Positions 32,086 through 48,635 of a DNA stretch of 64,000 bases are shown in pieces. The stretch lies in NCBI RefSeq assembly GCF_009914755.1, contig NC_060937.1; one strand, written 5' to 3'. Both the position numbers and the translations under genes were made by a program. How positions within the stretch are numbered: position 1 is the stretch's first letter; the number at the start of each line of letters is the position of its first letter. The stretch comes from the human T2T-CHM13v2.0 reference genome, Homo sapiens. Under the pieces are notes generated by a model. The model did no database searches, was not told the DNA's origin, and worked only from the letters and a program-made list of their open reading frames with translations.

Positions 32086-32245
32086 GTTTCTGTAGAGCAA
32101 CATTTTCGTTCTGTGTTAGTCCTCTATTGGTTTTTGTCAATTCTAAGAGTGGAGATAATCAGGGAGTAAAGTTCCTCCGTCGCTTTAAACAGTTGCTAAA
32201 TCCGGCTCAGGTGTTTGATTTAATGAATGGAGGTCCTCATTTAGG
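32086..32245 (+). CDS. DGKH: DGKH exon (~ex9), start of catalytic domain: (G)[52 protein letters not shown](G)
   Basis: tcacag| / |gtaact, 160 nt, phase 1-2; [11 protein letters not shown] DAGKc motif. Confidence 0.97.
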
Positions 32246-34010
32246 GTAACTGATTATTGATAAATCTTATTTGAATACAATGTAGGACTAGGTGTTAAAT
32301 GTGTTTGGTTTTTCAGCTCATGAAAATTACAGATTCCTCTAGATCCCTCCCTCGTTTTTAAAGCTCTAATTATAAGTTTTAACACAACCTTTTGGATAGT
32401 TATACAACTGTCTTGTATAAATTCCTAATTTCTCAATTCCAAAATTTGTTTAGAAAATGTTTTAGAATATATTCTACATCAAACAATACTAACAATTTCT
32501 TTAGCTCCAAGAAAGATCAACTTGCGTAAATATAGAAATATAAAGTAATATTAGAAAATGATTTGCATGGAAGGCTGATATTGATTTACATACAATATAA
32601 ATAATCGATTATTAAACCAAAGTACAGGGACTCTCATGGCTGTCAAGGGCAGTTCTTCAAGGATCTCAGACTCAGTTCACATAAATGACAAAGAAATACT
32701 TTATTGATGATTCTTTTCAGCTTTCTGGATGTCATATAACTTAAAATCTGTAAGATAAAATGAACTAAGTGGTATTTTCACTGAGGGAAAATATACCTTT
32801 TGGCACTTTCAATACATTTTTAGGGTATGCATATGATTTTTCTTAAGAGGCGATATTATGTCTTCTGAACCAGGGGCCTTCAAACCTCTATGTAACATAC
32901 TTACAGCAACTCAGCTTTTCTCTTGGGTTCCACCATTACCTTAAAGCATGAACACGGAAGTAGAAGTGGGGATTTTTGATACCAGTGCCTGAAAAGGCAT
33001 TTTGTGTTTCGTAATGTGATACTTTCCTCTGTCTTCTCTATTTCTCTCCTTTCTTCTCTCTTGGTGCCTCTGTTCACTTTTGCCCCCTGAGTCTTCCTTC
33101 CTGCTTCCATTGCCTTTATCTTGCTAAGTCTCAGGCCCTTCTGGTCACATGGATGTTGGTCTTCTTCATTTATACCCAGCTTCCTCCTTATCTACGTGTA
33201 CTGCCCTTCCTTTCCTCTGCTGAGGTCCTAGAGTTTCCTCATCTAGCCTCTCTTCTCACCTTCTTTGTCTCTGCCATGCTAGGGTAGTTTTGTCCCCCTT
33301 TCTAACACGTCCATTTTATAATCCTTTATAGTTCCATTATCTTATAGTCTTGATTTATTTTCCCATTTGTCCTCGAAGGCTTCAAGGACCTCTCTTGATG
33401 AAACTTCCTGAGATTGTCCCTCTAATATTTTTCAGATTTTCCATAATACTTGAAGTAAGTGTACAAGGGTACATTTAGGAGACGGGATGTGTCAAAAGTT
33501 GAGATGAGGGAAAATAGAAGGATGGGCCTGAGAATAGGAGAAGAGGAGGAGAAAAAGCCAGTTGGGAGTCCTGAGAGCAATACAATGATTGGTGTCTTTA
33601 GGAACTGCCTGAGCGTCACTCATTAGCATCAGCACCCTAGATTCCTTACCCATGGTTTGTAATTCTTAAGGAAAGAATTTATTCTTGTAATAGAAAGAGA
33701 AGAACCACTACTTCCACCATCTTGTATTACTTTACCTTTCCCGGTTTCTGCTGCTTTTTTGTTTTCTCATTTCTCACCCCCATTCCTCCTAATTTTATCT
33801 TCATTTCTACTTATCATTCCCTTTCCTCCTTATGATTCAGAAGTTTTCTTGAGTTAAAATTACACTTCAGTGAATGTTTATGGTATAATTAACATGTAAG
33901 TAGGAGTTCTTATATTTAATCTGAATATGAATACTGATACAGAATAACAAAGAATTGAGGAAAGTGATTTTTATTTCTTTATACTAAAATAAAATCCTTT
34001 TTGCTTTCAG

Positions 34011-34119
34011 TTTAAGATTATTTCAGAAGTTTGACAATTTCCGGATTCTTGTTTGTGGAGGCGATGGAAGTGTAGGTTGGGTTTTGTCAGAAATCGATAA
34101 GCTCAACTTGAATAAACAG
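34011..34119 (+). CDS. DGKH: DGKH exon (~ex10): [36 protein letters not shown]
   Basis: ctttcag| acceptor, 109 nt, GGDG ATP-binding motif; frame continuity requires the non-canonical donor CAG|gcaagt. Confidence 0.95.
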
Positions 34120-34249
34120 GCAAGTGCTAATTCTTTTACTTGCTAGTTAACATGAATGCATACTAACATACTTACCAGAGAGGTGCAGAAATGCAGTAGT
34201 CCCTATTTCTCAACTTGTCTGAAAGTCACCCTGTTGCACTGTCTTTCAG

Positions 34250-34389
34250 TGTCAGCTGGGAGTGTTGCCTTTGGGTACAGGAAATGACCTTGCCCGAGTT
34301 CTTGGCTGGGGAGGTTCATATGACGATGACACCCAACTTCCTCAGATCCTAGAGAAACTGGAACGAGCCAGTACCAAAATGTTGGACAG
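34250..34389 (+). CDS. DGKH: DGKH exon (~ex11): [46 protein letters not shown](R)
   Basis: ctttcag| / |gtaaaa, 140 nt, phase 0-2; [10 protein letters not shown] motif. Confidence 0.97.
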
Positions 34390-35838
34390 GTAAAAGTAAA
34401 TTCTTTTCTACAACTAGATGGAAAATGGCATACTGAAATCATTTTTTTGATGATTTCTTAATAAATATTTATTAATAAATTTTACTGACTAGAAGCTCCA
34501 CGAAGGCAGAGCCTTCCTGATCTTGTCCACTGGTTAATCCCTGAGATGGAGAACAGGGCCTATCACAGAGAAGACACTCAATAAAGATGTTTTATAGTGA
34601 ATGAATGAATTATAAAAAACTAGTCTGAGGAACTCATTATTTTAAATACAGAAGGCTATGTTACTACTATTTACTTTTAATTGCAGTTCAGGTCAGAAAA
34701 CGAAAATAGTTCATTTTGTGGGGGGCCTTTTGATGAGTATGGTAGGTAGTCTCCTGTCATTGTATGGTTTCCAAAAAGCTAAAGAGGACATATAAACGTT
34801 AGATTTGTTAGAATATCTCCTCTTAAATATACATATTAAGAATGCATTGATCCAATAAGAACTAGATATGTTAAAATATAAGCAGTCCTTTCCCAGGGGC
34901 AGGAAAATATTAGGAAGACAGCTTCAAATGAAGGGACTATCATTGTGTTTATGCTGTTCTTGATCACATCTCTTAATTGCTTTCTCTCTGAATGTCCGTG
35001 TATAAAAAAGAAGCTACAATGTGTGTACCCTGCGTGTTATGGAGGAAGTGTTTAAAATTTGGGTATAAGGAACAACAGGACTCAGTAACCAGCCACTCCC
35101 CAACCCCCAATGTCAGTAGAAGACAGATGTCAAAATATCATGATCAACTTGAGGTAGCATAAATCAAAACAATTTTGATAGAATTAGCCATCTGTGGAAC
35201 TCTTCCCGAAAATAACAAAATTTCACCAGGGAGCCACCAATCTGAAATGTAATTACTCTAAGATGGGCTATAACCTAATTAATTGTAACCTTGCCTGTCA
35301 TAAGGTAAAATATTTTGCTGACAGAATATTTAAAAAGAGAGCTGGGAAATAGAACATTTGTCTCTGTTCATCCAAAATTACATGAGAGAGATACTCCAGT
35401 AGCTTGGGTGCATAAAAGTTTATAATCTTATGTGCTACTGGGTTCAGCCTCCATCCTTTAAAATAATCTGGAGGTTAAAAGAAGAAAAGGAATGAAAAAG
35501 AGAAATGGTACCTATGGATATGTTAGTTAGCTTGATTGTGTTGTATATATATCCAAACATCAAGTTGTACACCTTAAATATATACAATTTTTTATTTGTC
35601 AATTATACCTAACTGGGGAAAAAAGATTGGAAATAAATAAATAAAATCACCATTATTTGTAAATGAGCCTGGAGGTGACTTCCCAGACAACTGTCCAATT
35701 CTGTGGTTACCAAACAAAAGGGGTTATTTAAATGCTGTCTTTGTTGCAAATGTAAAGACCACTTCCCCTGCTGTTAGGCATTTCATCTACCCTGGGTATG
35801 TGCTTTCCCCTCGTGTGCTATAGAAATTCACTTCTCAG

Positions 35839-36017
35839 TCGGGGGAGGTGGCTCACGCCTATAATCCCAACACTTTGGAAGGCCGATGTGGGAGGATCAC
35901 TTGAGCCCAGGAGGTGGAGGTGGCAGTGAGCCACAATTGCACCACTGCCCTACAATCTGGGCGACAGAGTGAGACCCTGTCTCAAAAAAAATTAAAAATA
36001 AATAAATAAATGAATAA
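35839..36017 (+). mobile_element. Alu monomer / internally deleted AluJ
   Basis: Left start fused to right-arm end; TSD aaa(t/g)tcacttctc. Confidence 0.8.
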
Positions 36018-36206
36018 AAAGTCACTTCTCCAGGTGGTTAGCCAAGAAACAGCACCCCCATGGTGAAATTCCTTGAATACCAACTGATATGCAAAATCAA
36101 AACAAAACAAAAGAAAATACACACACACAAAAATCAAAGTGGATTCAGAAACTTAAGATCTTTGTTAGAAACATAGGAATATTTTATTCCTATGTTTCCT
36201 TTATTA

Positions 36207-36563
<357 letters not shown>

Positions 36564-37367
36564 TTAGATGAGTTTTTCAAATATATTTATTTGATCCTCA
36601 GAACAACACTTTGGGTTGGGTCAGAAAAGCATTATTTTACAAAGATGAAAATGTAGTTTTCTGGATACAGTGGGAATAAAAACAACTAATTTTTTGTCTG
36701 CTAGCACTTTCTAGTTGCTTTACTTCGTGTATCATCTCATTTAATTAAATCCCTTCTCCTAGAGATAGCTAATATTGCCATCTCCATTTTACTGGTGAAA
36801 AGGTTTAGGAGGCTTTCACATTATCTAAGTTAAATAGCTAATAAGTAATAGAACGGGCATGGTAAACTGCAATCCCTGCTCTGTCTAGTGTCCAGGGTCC
36901 TTTCTCAACTCTGCACTCTTTCCCCTTTATGTGTGTAGGCCAGATGGTTCCTTCCTTCTGGCCTGTGCCTCTGCTTAGCTGATACTCATATGCACCTCTT
37001 CCTCACTTTTTCATCTCTTGCTGCCACTTTCTCCTTTTTATTTAGCTCCAACCATTTCCTATCGAGTGGGGAGGTATAGCATGGAGGGTGCAAGGAACTC
37101 AGACATTTGGATGGATTTATTTACCATTTATTTAACTGTCTTTGACCAGAAAAGTATTTCCAGCTATAAGGAACTTGACTTTTATGTTTCTACTCGTGGT
37201 TTTCCCTGTTTGGATATTTACAAAGTTTAATTGTTTTGTTTGCTTGCATCATACCTATTTTTTGCACTGGAATGTTAGCTTCATTGGGGAAGCCTATTCA
37301 CCCTTGTTTTCCAGACCCTGTGACTTTGAGATGCTCAATATAGTATATCTGCTGCATGGATAAATGA

Positions 37368-37946
<579 letters not shown>

Positions 37947-38245
37947 TAAATTTCTTTTAAAGTATTTTCATGGGAAGAGTTGAATAGTAGCTAAAAGTAA
38001 CTAGTTTACATGTCCCAAAATATAATGTATGTCTGTTGGGGGGCTTTCTGGGAATTTGAATTTTTATGCAAATATTTATTCTCATAGGCTGAATGATACA
38101 CTAGGTTCTGTTTAAATATTGATCTTGGGATTTTCCTCTGGGTTCTATCAGTAGCTTCAGCTGTGTTATGCTTTTCTTAAAATTCATTTGTTAAGGTACT
38201 GCTTTTATTATGCTTTGTTTCTGTGTAAAAATCTTTATTTTACAT

Positions 38246-38835
<590 letters not shown>

Positions 38836-39505
38836 TTTATTTCATATTTTGTTAGTCTACAATAATGTCCTGGCCCAACTCTTCTTCCCAAATTTTGAAA
38901 TTACTATTTTGGATAGAAAACTGGACTTATCTTGAGTTGATTGCTTTTCTCTAACACCAAATGATTTTATGTTTGCTTTGAAATTAATACTTGTAGCTAA
39001 TTGAAATAAATTTACTTCAGTTAAGTATTATTAATATTTTCCCCCTACTCTCATGCTTACATTCATTATTTCTTAATTTAAGAAGGGGTATTTAGCTAAT
39101 TTTCATTTTATGTATGTATAAGCTGATTTGGCAAGTGTGATTGAGTAACAGTTTATAGGTAGTATGTATTTATTTAATTTAAGACATTGTTTTAAAACTT
39201 TGGGTTATGACTCATTAGTAATTTATAACCTAGTTAGTAAACTGCAATGAGCATTATTTTTTAAATAGAACAGAAAAGAATGGAAAAGTCAGAATGCATT
39301 GCACCTGAGAAGAAATGGGGGCGTTGTAACGTGTGGATTTCTTATTGTGGGCTATGGGTCTTAAAACATTTGGAAGCCACTAATTGGAGAAATGGTAAGA
39401 TGTAGAAATCATAAATTATAAATTCAACATTTTATGAGATTACTGAAATGTGATCTCTTTTCCCATTTTTGGTTGTTTTAAGATAAAATAAACCATAGTT
39501 CATGA

Positions 39506-39550
39506 ATGTGTGTGTGTGTGTGTGCGTGCGTGTGTGTGTGTGTGTGTGCA
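39506..39550. repeat. (TG)n/(CG) microsatellite ~80 nt upstream of the 39627 exon
   Basis: Direct reading. Confidence 0.9.
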
Positions 39551-39626
39551 CGCGTTTATGAGATGCCAACAGTTAGTTTATCCAATTTTAAGGAAATCTT
39601 TGACCAAAGAGTTTTTCTCCCTTCAG

Positions 39627-39711
39627 GTGGAGTATAATGACATATGAACTCAAATTGCCACCAAAAGCTTCCCTACTTCCAGGACCTCCAGAAGCATCTG
39701 AAGAATTTTAT
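39627..39711 (+). CDS. DGKH: DGKH exon (~ex12): [28 protein letters not shown]
   Basis: cttcag| / |gtaaga, 85 nt, phase 2-0; completes LDRW. Confidence 0.94.
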
Positions 39712-40262
39712 GTAAGACTTAACCCTTTACCTATCATTTGAAATGGGGGTGGATATCTTGAGAAAAAAAAAAGAAAGAGAGAGAAAATGTACTCCTAATA
39801 TATTGTGGTAGCATGTTAACTTAATTTTATTTTTGGGGTATGGTCTCATTGACTGACTACCTCTAGTCCTCTCCCCCAGAGAGAAGAATCCTGAATCTAG
39901 GCTAGAGTCCTTCCATGACCACCCACACCGGGAGTGCCCAGTCACTCCTCTTCCTGGGACTCTTCATGTGTAAAGTGAGGCTACAAAGTCATGGGAGTTA
40001 AATGATGTAACAGATGTGTAAAGCACTATCTCTTCTCCTGCCCAGATAATTCCTCCCTGCATGTTCTATCTGCCTGTTTCCGTTTTATCAGCAGAGCTCT
40101 AGGAAGGTCAGCTGGTGTTTCCTGTTAGTGTTTATTCATCTTCTACTTTGGCCATTAGATTGTTTGATTATAAGATGTTAGCTTCTTTAAACAGTATCCA
40201 AACATACCAATACTCGTGGCCAGAATATTATGCAATTTCTGTCTTACTGCTTGCTTTGCGTA

Positions 40263-40437
40263 CTCTTTTCTTGTTCTTTTCTTTTTGAGACAGGGTCTTG
40301 CTCTGTGGCCCAGGCTGGCTGGAATGCGATGATGCAAACACAGCTCACTGCAGCCTTGACCTCCTGGTCTCAAGAGATCCTCCTGCCTTAGCCTCCCAAA
40401 GTGCTGGGATTACAGGCATGAGACACTGTGGCCGGCC
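40263..40437 (-). mobile_element. Alu monomer / deleted AluJ
   Basis: ~170 nt antisense Alu. Confidence 0.8.
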
Positions 40438-42629
40438 CCTACTCTTCTGAAGGGACAGCAAGACAGGTCTCTGGGTTAAGCCTGTTGATATAGTTAAAGA
40501 AAGACCACTTAATTCCATCTCTACTACAGACCATAAATGACTAACGTTTTTAAAGATTCAGCATTCTGATTAAACCTCAAAGCGGTGTAGATTTAAAACA
40601 GAACCTGACTTTCAAAGGATTATTCTCTGACTCATTAAGACCATTTGATCTATGCTAGCTTATTTTTCCCTCCAGGAAAATTCATCTGTTTATTTTACAG
40701 TTGAAATCTTTGTTTTGTCATTAAGAAAATTATGATCTTGTCAAAACCAAGGCAAGGAATGATAACTAAAAACATGGGGCCGTTTCTTAGAGAAGCTAAT
40801 TGTATTTTAAAAACTTTTTCTGACATAAAAACTGCTGATAGCCAAAACTGCTTCTAAAAAAATTTGGGAAATACAAAATTATATGAAAAAGAAAATAAAA
40901 TCACCTGTAGTCCTACCACCCAGAGATAATCACTATTAAAGATTAATATATTTACCATTTTATTTTCAGCAGCATTTTTAGTTATGTGATTCCATAAACA
41001 TAACACATTTTTACGGAAATCAGTCCTTTATCTTAACAGTATTTTTGTAAATGTTATTAATTTCTTTCCAAAAAAGACAAAAAGGAGAATTTTTTTCTTC
41101 CATTTACTTCAGAAATGTCTGTTTTCTAGCATATAAAATAACAGTAAATATTTACTTTTATCACGTGTATAATCACTAAATATGAGGTACAATTCTAAAG
41201 ATATGAAGGAAATCTCTCTTTTTTTGTACAAAAGAGTTTTAAATGAAACTTTGCTTTTTAAAAATAAACTTACTTTTGTAACAAAGGGATAGCATACTTT
41301 AAGATAACAGATTAAATGAGTGTTCTGAATGGCCCTGACTAGGCCCTGAACTAGGCTGGCACCAGGAATGCATTTTACTGTGTGTGGCCTTTTTACCTTG
41401 AAAACTGCGATAAAAGTAGACTAAATCTTTCTTCTTAGCTTTTGTATACTTCATTAGCTGTGGGTCTTAGGCAAATTACTCAGTAAGCCTCAGGTTCTTT
41501 GGCTATAAAACAGGACAGAGGGGTAAATATATACAGAGTGCTTAATTACAGCGCCTGGTACACAATGCAAAATATTAACTCTTATTATTACTTACCTTTC
41601 TGACCGTGCTAAGTGACTGCATAGTAGGTTAATAAGTTACATCTATAATTTTATCTTTGAACATAGAGGCTATTTTATTTTCCTCTGAGAGAAATTGTAT
41701 TTTTTGATCTTCAAATATTTTTAATGGACAAAAACTTGGATTTTTTGAATGTAAGTTTCAAATGGCATTAATCAAATGTTATTAATTAATACATTAGTCA
41801 ACTGGCATTAATGAATTTATTAATAGCATTAATGATCATGTAAAATATTTTCTACCCTGCAGGGAAGAAAAATAAAACCAATCTCTGGAGAACATTTTCT
41901 TTTTTCAAATTTTAAAGTTTATTTTTAGATTATATATTTTCATTTTTCTCATCCTAGCTGTAAAGATGTAATTTTTAGTGTTTAAGAGATCAGTAAGGTG
42001 GATTTGTGGGTAAATGCAACATCGTGTGTAACTTGGGAGCTCCTGGCCTCACTTCCTTTCTTTGATGTAAAATTGCTTTCCTGTAGTGGTCTGCCTTTGA
42101 AGGAGAATGTAGAAATTTAAAAGAGTAACATACTTTTGAAAGAGTAACATAACATACTTTTGAAAGAGTAACTTGTGGAATGAAGGTAAATTAGGAATGT
42201 GGTTCTTTTGGGAAGAGTCTAGTCAGGAAAGCTTTGTGGGGAAGGCTTATTCAGACTTAATTGAATCTTCAAATAAGTCTGAATAAACTGAGGCTGATTG
42301 GTAGAAGTAATGAAAAGATACCTGAGTCAGGCAGAAGAGCATAGGCGGCCAGCTTGCCTAGAGCAGATCATTTATACTAGAAAATTTTGCGCTGTGTGAA
42401 ATGGAATATTATTTGAGGCATACATTTGATGTAAGGCTCTGAATATGAGGCTGTTTAAATATTGTGCACATTTTTACATATTAGGAAAATGTATGTGGTC
42501 TTTCAACGGGATGTTAAAGTTTGAGTCAAATAGAAAAGGGATTATGGATGCTTTTGGCATTTTGACTATTGTTTAACAGAAATATTTATTTACATGATTA
42601 TATGAAAGTGTATTCAGCATTTTTAAAAA

Positions 42630-43480
42630 CTTTTTTATTGAATTATACATACAGAAGAGTGCACAGGTCATAAATGTATAGCTTGGTAAATTTTCACAAA
42701 CTAAACAAATCTATGCCAGGCCACCCGTCAGTGTTCAAGTATCCCATAAGCCCCCTCATGCCCTCTTTCAGTCAAGACCCCCACCTCCTACCCCAATAAT
42801 CACTGTGCTGACTTCTAATAGCATAGATTGGTATCTGTTTTGTACTTTATAAAATAGAATCATTTTGTATGCTCTCATTTGTTTCTGGATTCTTTCACTC
42901 AATGTTATGTTTATCAGATTGATCTATACTGTGGCTTGGCTATAAATCATTCATTCTCATTCTCCTATGGTCTTCCATTGCACAAATACACTGCAATTTG
43001 TCATCTATTCTACTATTAGATGAATGCTGCTGTGAACATCCTAGTGCATGTCTTTTGGTGAACACAATTTTGCATTTCTTTTGGGTGTAGATATAGAAGT
43101 TGAATTTCTGAGTCCTGTGATATCATTGCATATGTTCAGCTTTAAGAGACACTACCAAATCGTTTGTGAGAGTGTATCAGTTTGCATTCCCATCAGCAGT
43201 GTTTGAGAATTCTGTAGCTCCATAGCCTTGCTAGCACTTGCCATTTTCTAGTTGTTTTCATTTTAGCCATTTTGGAGCTGCATGGTGGTACTGCATTGTG
43301 GTTTTAGTTTCCATTTGCCTGATGGCTGAGATTGGATATGTTTTCATCGGTTTATGGGCCATTTGGATATTTTTATATTTAAATGTCTAGTCTTTTGCCC
43401 AATTTTTATTAGATTTTTTGGCTTTTATTGTACTACTTTGTAGGAATTATTTTTATATTGAGATATTTTTACATTAAAAA
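42630..43480 (-). mobile_element. Old L1M(C/E) fragment
   Basis: gaatgctgctgtgaacat...cagtttgcattcccatcagcagtgt...cattgtggttttagtttcc. Confidence 0.7.
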
Positions 43481-43718
43481 ATTTTGTAAAGGAGTTTTTA
43501 TGGATTTCTATAAGAATATAAATTAAAGAATTCCAGAAACCGAAAGCCTTTTGCCAAAAGGAAATATCTATTTTGCATGATGACTCTTTCATATATTTCA
43601 TTATAGTGATTGCCTTGCCTAAACATATGTCATGAAGGGTTCCATTTCTGGAGCAGCAATAAGTGAGTTGTATAAATGCCAGCAACAATAATACAGTGTA
43701 GAGTTTTCTTTTCTTCAG

Positions 43719-43804
43719 ATGACGATTTATGAAGACTCAGTTGCAACGCATCTTACAAAAATCCTCAATTCTGATGAACATGCAGTGGTCATATCTTCTG
43801 CCAA
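43719..43804 (+). CDS. DGKH: DGKH exon (~ex13): [28 protein letters not shown](K)
   Basis: cttcag| / |gtgagt, 86 nt, phase 0-2. Confidence 0.93.
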
Positions 43805-45074
43805 GTGAGTTGTGGGTTTTAAGTCTTTAAATATGGTGAAAATGAAATGATAGCTGGCTCCTACCATTTAGGTCATTTCTTTGTGAGTTTTCTTCTCAAA
43901 AAATATCTTGGAAGTAGCTTATAAAATTAGATGTACTAAATTTGAATTGATTTTTAAAAATCATGTTAGCATCTTATTTGCAGTGGTGTATACTTAGAGG
44001 GTATTTTTTTAATGTTTAATTTGAAACATTTTTATCAAAAAGGTGTAAGAAGCGTTTAGAATTTAATTAACCTAAATGTCTATTTAAGGAAATGTTTATG
44101 ATTACTTATAATATGGAAAACACATTTCATTATAATTCATTATTTCCATAAACACTACTATTTAGGAACTGTTTACATCACATTAGAAAAAGGAAAATGA
44201 TGAGATTTTTCAAAATGATGTTTCTCAGCATGTTTAAATTGAATAATTACATTTTAATTCAAAGTTATCATATTTTAGTGAAGTTGATTTTGTACATGGA
44301 GCCAAAGCTACTTGATGTTATTATCCCAAATGTTGCCTGGCTGGAATTTAGAATTTAGTTTTGAAACATCCTATGCTGATGTCAAGAGACTGGAAAGTCG
44401 ACTAGAAGAAGGGGTGACACCAACTGAAATTTTCAACTGATAAGCAAAAGAATGCATTCAAATTCTGGCTTAGCAAGCACGGGTTACTGTTATGCAGGAA
44501 GAGAGCAGAAAAGGGGAAGAAAGAAAGAAAAGGAGTGGGAAAGTGGTAAAGAAAAAATATACAAATTTTGGTATATTATGTACTTAATTCACAGTAAAGT
44601 TGAGGAAAGACAAGATCAATCATTATAAACAAATTTGCTTGTGAAAAAAGTACAAATGTAGTAACAATTGCTTTTGACAACATATTCCCCAGAAATAGGA
44701 AGCAGGACTGCACAACAGGAAAAGAATTGAATGGCTTACAGCAAGGGAAGCACACTAGTTGGCCCAGGAGAGGTGGGCTGCAGACTGTATTTGGCGGGCA
44801 GTGCTGCAGGTTTCTGTTTTGTGCAAATATTGGACTAAAGCATCTTCTGCCATTTTTACTTAATTGAAAACAATTTTCCTTACAATCATGCAACTAAAAT
44901 AAAATACAGAAATAATTGGAAACTGCATCGAATAGAAGACTGTAACTGTCATCTGTAACTTTATTGCTTAATTTTTCTTGTAAAGGAGAAAATTTAATTC
45001 TATCTAATTTATTAATGTCAACAAAACAGAGTTTTAGTATTTTAATATTGGAATTCTGTGTAAGATTGTATTTG

Positions 45075-45381
45075 AACCAGGTACCGTGGCTCATGCCTGT
45101 AATTCCAACACTTTGGGAGGCCAAGGTGGGCAGATTACTTGAAGCCCAGGAGTTCAAGACCAGCCTGGGCAATATGACAAAACCTCATCTCTACTCAAAG
45201 TATACATACTAAAATTAGCCAGGTGTGGTGGTGCTTGCCTGTAGTCCCAGCTTCTCAGGAGGCTGAGGTGGGAGGATCACTTGAGCCTGGGAGGTGGAGG
45301 TTGTACTAGAGCTAAGATGGCACCACTGCACTCCAGCCTGAGTGACAGAGTGAGATCTTGTCTCAAAAAAAAAAAAAAAAA
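45075..45381 (+). mobile_element. AluJ
   Basis: Full dimer. Confidence 0.9.
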
Positions 45382-46425
45382 GATTTTATTAGAGAAAAGG
45401 TTTCCACTGCCAAAAATGTTGTACTACAAAGGTGTTAAGATTAAGAATGATAGGGAGAAAAAGGGGTGGCTACTCTAATTATCCTGTTTGCATCTGTAGA
45501 AATTTCTTAACAAGAATTCCACTTCATTAAAAATATGTGAAATATATGAAAGGTAGTGATCAAACACATGAAAGTAAATATAAAGGTTTTGCTGACATCC
45601 AAACTATAAAAAGTGGCCAGTTAAAATATTTACTTAACTATATTAAACAAAAAATAATTCTCTTATGACTTGCTATACCTTAAAAAAGCTTCCATTACAG
45701 CTTTCCACCTTTTCTAGCAATGTCCTCTGAAATGTCATATCAAAATACATTTGATTCACAGGGCAAGGGCCAGCCCATCACTTAGGTGTATGAACTGGGC
45801 CTGGGATGAGAAAGACAATAGGGAGTGCTAAAGCCTGGGACAAACTGGAGATTTGTCCATTTCACCATCAAGCAATACAATTCATTGAAAACCCCAGTGG
45901 CACTGCCCACCAAACAAAGAGAGTGTGTAGCCCACCTCTCCTGGGCCAGTCATTGTGCTTCCATTCAGCGCTTTTTCTAGTGTTCAATCCTGTTTCCTAT
46001 TTGTGGGGGATATGGAAAGAAGGCCTGTTATTTCTCCCTCATGGAACTGCTAGGATAATTAAGCTGAGTAATATAATAAGTATAGAGCTTATAAATGACA
46101 GAGGGCTGTATTAAATTATGGTAGCATCACCTCACGTTTTACCCGATTACATTTCAGATGTTTTCTTTGACCTTGGCCTGACTCTTTGTCTAAGGCTCTG
46201 CTCCCAGCCCTAGCTTTGGGTTTCTCCCTAACCAGCTTGCCTGCCCTTAAGCAGATTCCATTCTGATGCAGCATCCCTCCTGTCACTCACTCATCTATGC
46301 TTCCAGGCCTTTACAACCCCAGATACAATTCTAGGGAATTTGCCATAAAGAGGCTGAAGAGAAAAAAGAGGAGACAATATATAATTATTTGGTACTAGTA
46401 ATACAATATATGTTAAATTTTATTT

Positions 46426-47559
<1,134 letters not shown>

Positions 47560-47727
47560 TAAATTTTATTTTTATGGACATTTTCAAACAAAACTGATAT
47601 AATTACTTCCCACCGTACCCATCATTCAGTTTCAGTATTTACCAACATTTTGCCATCTGCTTCCTACTTTATTTTGCTACAGTATCTCTAAGAACATCCT
47701 GAAAATTATTCTACTACACTTTTGGTA

Positions 47728-48067
47728 TATAGTCCTCCCTCTCTATCCATGGGGGATTGGCTCCAGGACCCCCTTGGATACCAATATTCATAGGTACTCA
47801 AGTCCCTCATAGAAAATGCCATAGTATTTGCATATAACCTACACACATCCTTCCACATACTTTAATCATCTCTAGATTATTTATAATAACAAATGTATTT
47901 GCTATGTAAATAGTTGTTATACTGTATTGTTCAGGGAATGATGACAAAAAAAAGTCTGCACATATTCAGTGTAGACAAAACAATCTGTTTTCTTTTTCAA
48001 ATGTTTTCAATCCATGGTTGGTTGACTCCATGGATGTGGAACCCATGAATATGGAGGGCTAACTGTA
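47728..48067 (+). mobile_element. MER2 (TcMar-Tigger DNA transposon)
   Basis: Near full length: tagtcctccctc..tatccatggggg...atggagggctaactgta. Confidence 0.85.
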
Positions 48068-48325
48068 TGTGTGTGTGTGTGCTTGTGTGCACGTGTGCAT
48101 GTGCGCACATATAATCTTTTTAAAAATCTAAAAATTAATAATAATTCTCTAACACTATCAATATTACTTAAGCCATATCCCATTTCCCTTAGTTTTCTCA
48201 GAGGTTTTTCTGTGAACCTTGTCTGAATTTTGACAAGGTCTTTAAAAAAAAAAAAAACCACACACACTTTATTTGTTCAAAATTCAGACAATGCTCACAC
48301 ACTACATTTGAGTGATATCTCTTTA

Positions 48326-48635
<310 letters not shown>

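Noticed and set aside
34168-34185. U1 snRNA gene or pseudogene
   Set aside because: Match limited to ~9-10 nt of the U1 5' end; no stem-loops or Sm site
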